From the human T2T-CHM13v2.0 reference genome, Homo sapiens: a stretch of 64,000 nt of DNA. Positions 56,515 through 64,000 of the stretch are shown here, one piece after another. Numbering within the stretch: the stretch's first letter is position 1; each line of letters begins with the position of its first letter. The DNA lies in the NCBI RefSeq assembly GCF_009914755.1, contig NC_060946.1; one strand, 5' to 3'. The notes beneath the pieces are model-generated. The model was not told the origin of the DNA. It ran no database searches and saw only the letters and a list, made by a program, of their open reading frames with translations. The position numbers and the translations under genes are program-made.

Positions 56515-57132
56515 CTGGAGGGGAGAAGCCCCAGCGCGGGGTGCTCAGAGGAGGCCCACGCGCCCGGCCCTGTGCTCGGGTCAACACCTGCTGCCCAAGA
56601 AGGGGCTCAAGAGCCCCAGGTGGGGCCCAGGGCGACTGAGTCTGGGAAGAGGAGCGCGCCCCGCACGGTCTCAGCCTGAATCCCCCGTGCTGGGTCATGG
56701 GCCAGTCGGCTCTGATTCTCAGAGGGGCCAGGATGCTTCACAGGGCTGTTAGGAGAACAGAACAGAACAGAACCCAGCCCCTGTTATGGAAGTGGCTCAG
56801 GGGCTGTAACAGGTGGGTGACTCGGCCCAACCTGAGGCTGAACTTGGCAGTTTACGCAGGAATGATGGGTCGGGGGAATGACCCGCTAGCCAAGATGAGG
56901 AAATGACGTCTGCCCAGTATCTACTGAAGCTATATACACATAGCCCATGATCCAGGAACTATCCTGGGGAGACACCCAAGGGAAGCCAGTGCTTGTCCAC
57001 CAGTACGCAGGTTCTAGAACAGTCTTGGCCACATCATTCATAAAGTCACTTGGAAACACAAATACCCATCAGCAATAGAATGAGTAAGTTGTGACAGTCA
57101 CCATGGTGTACTACACAGCAACAAAAAAGAAT

Positions 57133-57226
57133 GAACTGCAGACATAGCACGGCCAAGCCCCACAGATAGGATGTGACGGAACTGCAGACACAGCATGGCC
57201 AAGCCCCACAGACAGGATGTGACGGA
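57133..57226. repeat. 46-bp tandem duplication within an old L1 3' fragment
   Basis: GAACTGCAGACA(T/C)AGCA(C/T)GGCCAAGCCCCACAGA(T/C)AGGATGTGACG twice. Confidence 0.88.
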
Positions 57227-57443
57227 GTCCTCCCACCCCAAGGCGCTCCAGGGTACAATCCTGTATGTCCCATTGGCATGAGGTTCAAGGATGGGCAAAA
57301 CTCAACTATAGTGACAGAAGTGAGAACAGTGTTTATATTTTGGGTTGGTTACTGATTCAGAGAAGACACAAAGGCGATTCCGGGGTCTAGAGCTATTAAC
57401 TGGGTCTGGTGGGAATTACATGGAAGCATGCTACATTATGATA

Positions 57444-58750
<1,307 letters not shown>

Positions 58751-60223
58751 TTTCTCCAACTGATACGCACATGTAAGATATAATTCAATTAAAAAGAGAC
58801 AAATCACCTCCGCCCGCCAGTGGCCTGGTCAGCATAACCTCCTCTCCTAAGACTGTGGGGAGATGTGGCCAACGGGAAGAGCCTGGGCAAGCCCAGCGTG
58901 CCGTGCCATTAAAGGCAGGGAGAGGCCTGCGGGGGAGCTCGTGTGTGCTGAGGACACCCTGGCACTCACTCACAGGACCACAGCTGCCCACAGGGCTAGA
59001 GACCTATGGACCAATTCTCCCTCCTCACAAATCAGCCACGCGGCTGAGCCAGGCCTCCTGCCTGGGTCTGGGAACCGTCCCTCTAGGACAAACAGCACAT
59101 TTCGCACTCAGGTCCGACGGCCTCCAGCCCAAAACCCTTCCGTAGCTTCCCAATGTTCACACACTCAGGCCCAGGCATTCAATCATTTACTGAGGCCCTC
59201 TGAGCTCTGCACACCTGGTGCGGGGTCCAGGCTGCACCCTCCTGGGCAGGGCCAACCACAGCACTCTCCGCTCTGCCTGTATGCTCCTCCCAGCCTCAGC
59301 CTAGGCACAGCTGTCTCAGAGCCCCTGCCCCTTCAAGTCGGCCTTTTCTGATGGCCGGGATCACCTGCAGTGCACACCCTGGGATGCATGGGACAGGCCC
59401 TCTCCTCCCTGCTACGGCCCAGGGGAGCAGGCACTGTGACCGGCTCCACACCTGGTGCAGGCAGGAGGAAGCGGGGCCCCGCCTGGACCACACATGGGGC
59501 TGACCACATGCACTGGTGCCTTGAGTGCAGAGTCCCATTCGAGGACCCTAGGGCCAGGCAGGACACCCAACCAGAAGTGTGCCGGGACCAAAGGTAACTC
59601 CCAGGGAGAAAGGCGGCCCTCTGCGCCTTCTCCAGCCTCTATTCCCAGGCCCAAAAACAGCTCCAGGTCCCCAGTGATCCTCAGTCATCACCTTGTCTGA
59701 CCTCCCAGAAGAAACGGGCACAGCTTAACCCACTGTGGTCCCTTCATATCGGCGGCTCCAGTTTCTGCCACTGGCTCCTCATCTCCCCGCCCTGAACGTG
59801 GTGACAGCCCGGAGTGCAGCCCTGGTCCCCTGCCCCCAGGCCAAACCCAGGTCCACCCCTCCACACATCAGCCTCCGGGGCACATGCCCACCAACTCCAG
59901 TACCTCACCCGCTGCCCAGCGCCTCAGTGGGACCCAGCCAGCTCTGGGGGCAGCATCCAAGGCTGTCTCCTCCGCAGCATCCGCAGCCCGTCTCAGCAAG
60001 CAGCCCCTCCAGCTGACAGAGGCTCAGGCCGGATGGTGGCCTCACTGTGGCTCACCCGGCTCCTCTCCTCTGTCCTTGCCTCAGTGAGCCCCGCCGACCC
60101 TGCCGTCGGGTGTGTCCAGAGCTGACCCTCCCCCGTGACACTGCGTCCTCACACCTGAACTGCTTCCTACGAGGGCTCCTCCCTGGCTCTCTGCTGCCAC
60201 CCAGCTCACTCTGCCTTCTAGTC

Positions 60224-60562
60224 CAGGGTTCCCCAACCCCCAGGCCACGGGTCTGTGGCCTGTTCCGAACCGAGACGCACAGGAGGAGGCGAGCACTGGG
60301 CGGGAAAGCATTCCAGCCTGAGCTCTGCCTCCTGTCAGATCAGCGGGAACACGAGATTCTCATAGGAGCACAAACTCTATTGTGAACTGCACCTGCGAGG
60401 GATCTGGGCTATGTGGTCCTCATGAGAATCTAACTAAACCCCGATGATCTGAGGTGGAGCAGTTTCATCCTGAAACCATCCCCATCACCCACCACCTGGG
60501 TCCATGGAAAAACTGTCTTCCGCAAAACCACTCCCTGGTGCCAAAAAGGTTGGGGACCACTA
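60224..60562. mobile_element. MER1B-like hAT-Charlie MITE
   Basis: Inverted ends CAGGGTTCCCCAACC...GGTTGGGGACCACT; internal GATTCTCATAGGAGC and ATTGTGAACTGC. Confidence 0.8.
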
Positions 60563-62424
60563 TTCTACCTGTTTTCAACCCAGCGGCCAAAACTGTGGCT
60601 TTAACATGGAAGTCAGACTCCACCACTGTCCACTGCCGCCGTCAGGCAGCTCTGCCTCCCACAGAGTCAACGCAAGGCCTTCACCATGTTCCACTCCCTC
60701 ACCACCTGGCTCTCCCCTGAGCTCCCTCCAGCCTCTGAGCCCAACCGGCCCTTCCCCAGGCTGCCGACATTGGTGTCCCTGCCTGGAGCCTCCTCACTCC
60801 CTGATTCCTCCCTGCGCCTGCTCAGATGCCGCTCAGTCAGCACAGTCTCCTTCACTAGCTGTGGGACTAACTCCCGTCCCTCGCCCTGTCATGCGATTCC
60901 AATGTGCTATCTACCTGCCCAGAAAAAGCCTGCAAATTCTTTTACATGCTCTCTCCTCTTTCCACCTTAAGGACAGAGGCTGTTTTGTCTTGTTCTTTGC
61001 TGCACCAGGAGAGCCAGCATGTGGCCATGCTCAATTCATATTTCCTGAGTGGACCGACAAACGCTGGTTGCTGCATAGACACTGAGTAATCAGAAGGGGA
61101 TGTGTTGATCAAGGAAGACTTCCTGGAGGAGGGAGCTTTGGAGCAAAGGCACTGAAGGAAGGAAGTGGTCTGGCTTGGTGATGGAAAACAAGCTCTTTTC
61201 AATACACACAAAGAACTTCTCAGCCCATGGACTCTCCCACCAACCTGAGTAGGAAGTACCACCATCCTCATGGCAGACGAGGCTAAGGCCAAAATGTGCC
61301 AAGGGTTATAGAACCAGGGTGTGGCTGCCTTGCCTGTTCCTCCTGGTGAGGACCATCCACCCAGCAGCTCAGGACAGCTGCAGTGAGGGGGTCTTTGTCC
61401 TTAGAAATCAGACTGTGGGCAGCGTCCCTGAAATGGGCCTCTCCCAGTGACATTTTCATCACCTATTTTTCACGTTCCCCACCCGTGCAGCCCCGCAGGC
61501 CAACGACCCAGACAGACCTTCTCTGCACGTTAAAGTCTTCTTACATCAATATCGGCCACTTCAGTTCCACAAGTCCCGTCCTCACCCCCATTAAATATTT
61601 ATGCCAGAATATCAGCCAAAGGAAGCTCTTGACTCGTCAGGTCCACCCGGCCCTGTCCCCGTGGCCCTTCTCTCCAGCCTGCCACATCAATTTCCTGGTT
61701 GAACACCTCCTGACCTTACGTTTTCCAGCTTCCAGGAGAATTCAACAGCAGGTCAACGTGGGCATCAGGGAGGGAGGGGCACCGAGAACACACACCACGA
61801 AACACGCAGGGAACAGGCCCCGGCCTTCCTAGGGCATAAAGCCAGCTGGCAAGATGTGATAACATGATCAAAGAAAAATGGTCATTATACTATCTGGTCA
61901 CTTACCCCATTCCAGGCACACTTCTAAGCACTTGGAACCAAAGATCAAACCCAGCTTTGAAGACAGCCCTAGCTCTGCAAGGCCCTCTGCCAGACGCCAA
62001 GCTGTGGCACCCAGCACTCCTCCCACTGGTCTCTCTCCATGCTCCTGGTGGTGCCCTTGGGCATGGGCATGAGCCCTGCACAGCCCCTCCACCCACCCTT
62101 GCTGTGGCCATCTGCACCCAGGGGCTCCTGAGGTCCCAGTGATGTGGCCCTGCCAGCCCTCCACCCACCCCCCCTTCTCTGGCCAGCCTCCCACCCCCTT
62201 CCAAGCCCAGCGCCCCAGTGGCCCAAAGCCTTCAACAGGCTGCCCTCTGCCTGGCCAGCTTGGGCTTGCTCTGTGGGTCACTGCTCGCAGGAAGCCCTCC
62301 CTAACAACACGCCTCTCGATCAGGTGCCCCTGCCTGGTCCCACAGAGCCCTGGACACTGTCCTAGCACACTGTCACGCTGTGCCTGGCTGGGGCAAGCCC
62401 TGTGAGGGCAGGGAACTGGTCTTA

Positions 62425-62600
62425 GTCACTGTTTTAGTTTCCTGGGGTGCTGCTGGAGATCACCCAAAACGTGGTGGCTTAAAACAAAAGAAACGTATTC
62501 TCTCACAGTTCTGGAGGCCAGAAGTCCCAAAGTCGAGGTGTGGGCAGGGCTGCGCCCCTTTCTGGAGACTGAGGGAGAATCCTCTTCTGCTGCTCTCCCC
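62425..62600 (-). mobile_element. MLT1-like (MaLR) LTR fragment
   Basis: GGTGGCTTAAAACAA...ATTCTCTCACAGTTCTGGAGGCCAGAAGTCC. Confidence 0.7.
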
Positions 62601-63855
62601 TCCACCCGCCTTGCCACCACCCTCCTAATTCCTGCCTGGCGCTCTGACCCCAGCACAGGTACCCCCACCCACCCAGCGAGCCTTTTATTCACTCAGCAGA
62701 GGGCTCACTATGTGCCAGGCTCCAGGCTGGCCCAGGAGTCCCAGGAATGACACCATCCCTGCCACCTTCCAGAAAATGGAGGTGGTGATGCCCCTCCCTT
62801 CTTCACAGAGCTGCTGGGGTCAAAGGAGATGACACGCAGAAGGGCCACAAAGTGACCTGCTGAGGCCCAAAGAGAATCAATATAAACAAATGTCAACTCA
62901 GCAACTGAAATCAAGATGGGGCACCAGCAACAGGGCCTGCTCCCGTGCAAGGACACGCCACAGTCTCACAGCAAACCTGGCAACCCTCATCCACAGCACA
63001 GGACAGGACCCTCCTGGGACCTACCGATGAAGCCACACACCTGGAGCAGGCAAAGCAATGCCCACAGCCAACCCTGTGGTTCCCTCCACTAGCCTCGAGC
63101 AGGAGGGTCCACAAGCACTGCCCTTACTGACAGGGAAACAAGGCACTGGGAAGTGGGGGCCACGCCTGGAGCTGGAGTCGCTTCCCAGCAGGGCCAGGTG
63201 GGGCCAAGGCAGGAGTGAGAGGTGGAGGAGTCCTAGTGAGGCCTGTCATGTTGCTGTGGGACAAACAGGGGGCATGGGGCTGTGGCCACACTGGGCCCCT
63301 TGCAGAGCAGTGAGGGCAAATACGCCGCTGCCGAGGTGGGGGCCTGGGAGGGCACCAATCTTCCTCATCACAGCTGGGCAGCTGGAAGCCAGCCCAGGCC
63401 CCAGTAGATCCACCCTGAGTGGGGAAGAGTCAAGCTTTCAAACAGAAACCAGGGGAGCCAACAGGGCAGAGCCACCTGCTGGCCAGTGACTCGAGCCAAA
63501 CGCTCTCCAGCAGCTCTTCGCAAGTCGGCTGGAAGCAGTAATTCACAGAAGTGCTTCTGCTGACACCACTGCAATCACTTCTGAGTGGCAAACCGATCAA
63601 TACCCCCTGCAGCAGCGAGCAGTGCACAGTGACACCTGGACTTGGGTCGAGGCCTGTGGGAGGCCACTGCTGTTCTGGGGTGGAACTCCCCAGGACTCTA
63701 GGGCATGGCCTGTCTCAACACCGGGCACAGAGCCCATCAAAATTCCCACCAGAACTCACAGAAAGCATCAGAACTGATCAGAACGGCCTGGAAACCACTA
63801 GGACCCTGTGGCTGAAACCCTCTGATTTTCACTCACAGGATTCACCAGTTGCACC

Positions 63856-64000
63856 TGTGATAGGGACAGGGGGCAGGGAAATATGGGGCAGAAGACGGCA
63901 GGTCCCCAGCAGGGGTCCCACCCTCAAGCCAAAAGGCCTGATACCAAGACCCAAAGTGACAGCTTACATCCCCGTTTTCCCGCTCAGATGTTATCTCTTC
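63856..64000 (+). mobile_element. Start of an ERV1-class LTR (LTR9-like), truncated by the window edge
   Basis: TGATAGGGACAGGGGGCAGGGAAAT...CCCACCCTCAAGCC. Confidence 0.55.

Overview
Primate (almost certainly human, 22q13) genomic DNA. The right half holds exons 2-7 and the 3'UTR of the brain sulfotransferase-like gene SULT4A1 on the minus strand; exon 1 lies beyond the right edge. I resolved all six exons at GT-AG boundaries, and they translate contiguously to ...FDFYL*. Intron 6 also carries a stop-containing cassette exon (6p). A CpG-rich, probably bidirectional promoter at about 26.9-27.7 kb starts a second minus-strand gene with two non-coding 5' exons, assigned to EFCAB6 from recalled gene order, not from coding sequence. 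The left 24 kb is a repeat-dense intron with two old L1s, L2/MIR/MER relics, many Alus and an HMGN2 processed pseudogene nested inside an L1 and itself hit by an Alu. SULT4A1 intron 4 has two minisatellites (28 bp with higher-order structure; 42 bp). Nearly all ORFs in the supplied track are artefacts of repeats or GC-rich sequence. I found no evidence for a new multi-gene system; the best leads are splicing, translation and VNTR features. Repeat subfamily names come from recalled consensus motifs and their ends are approximate.
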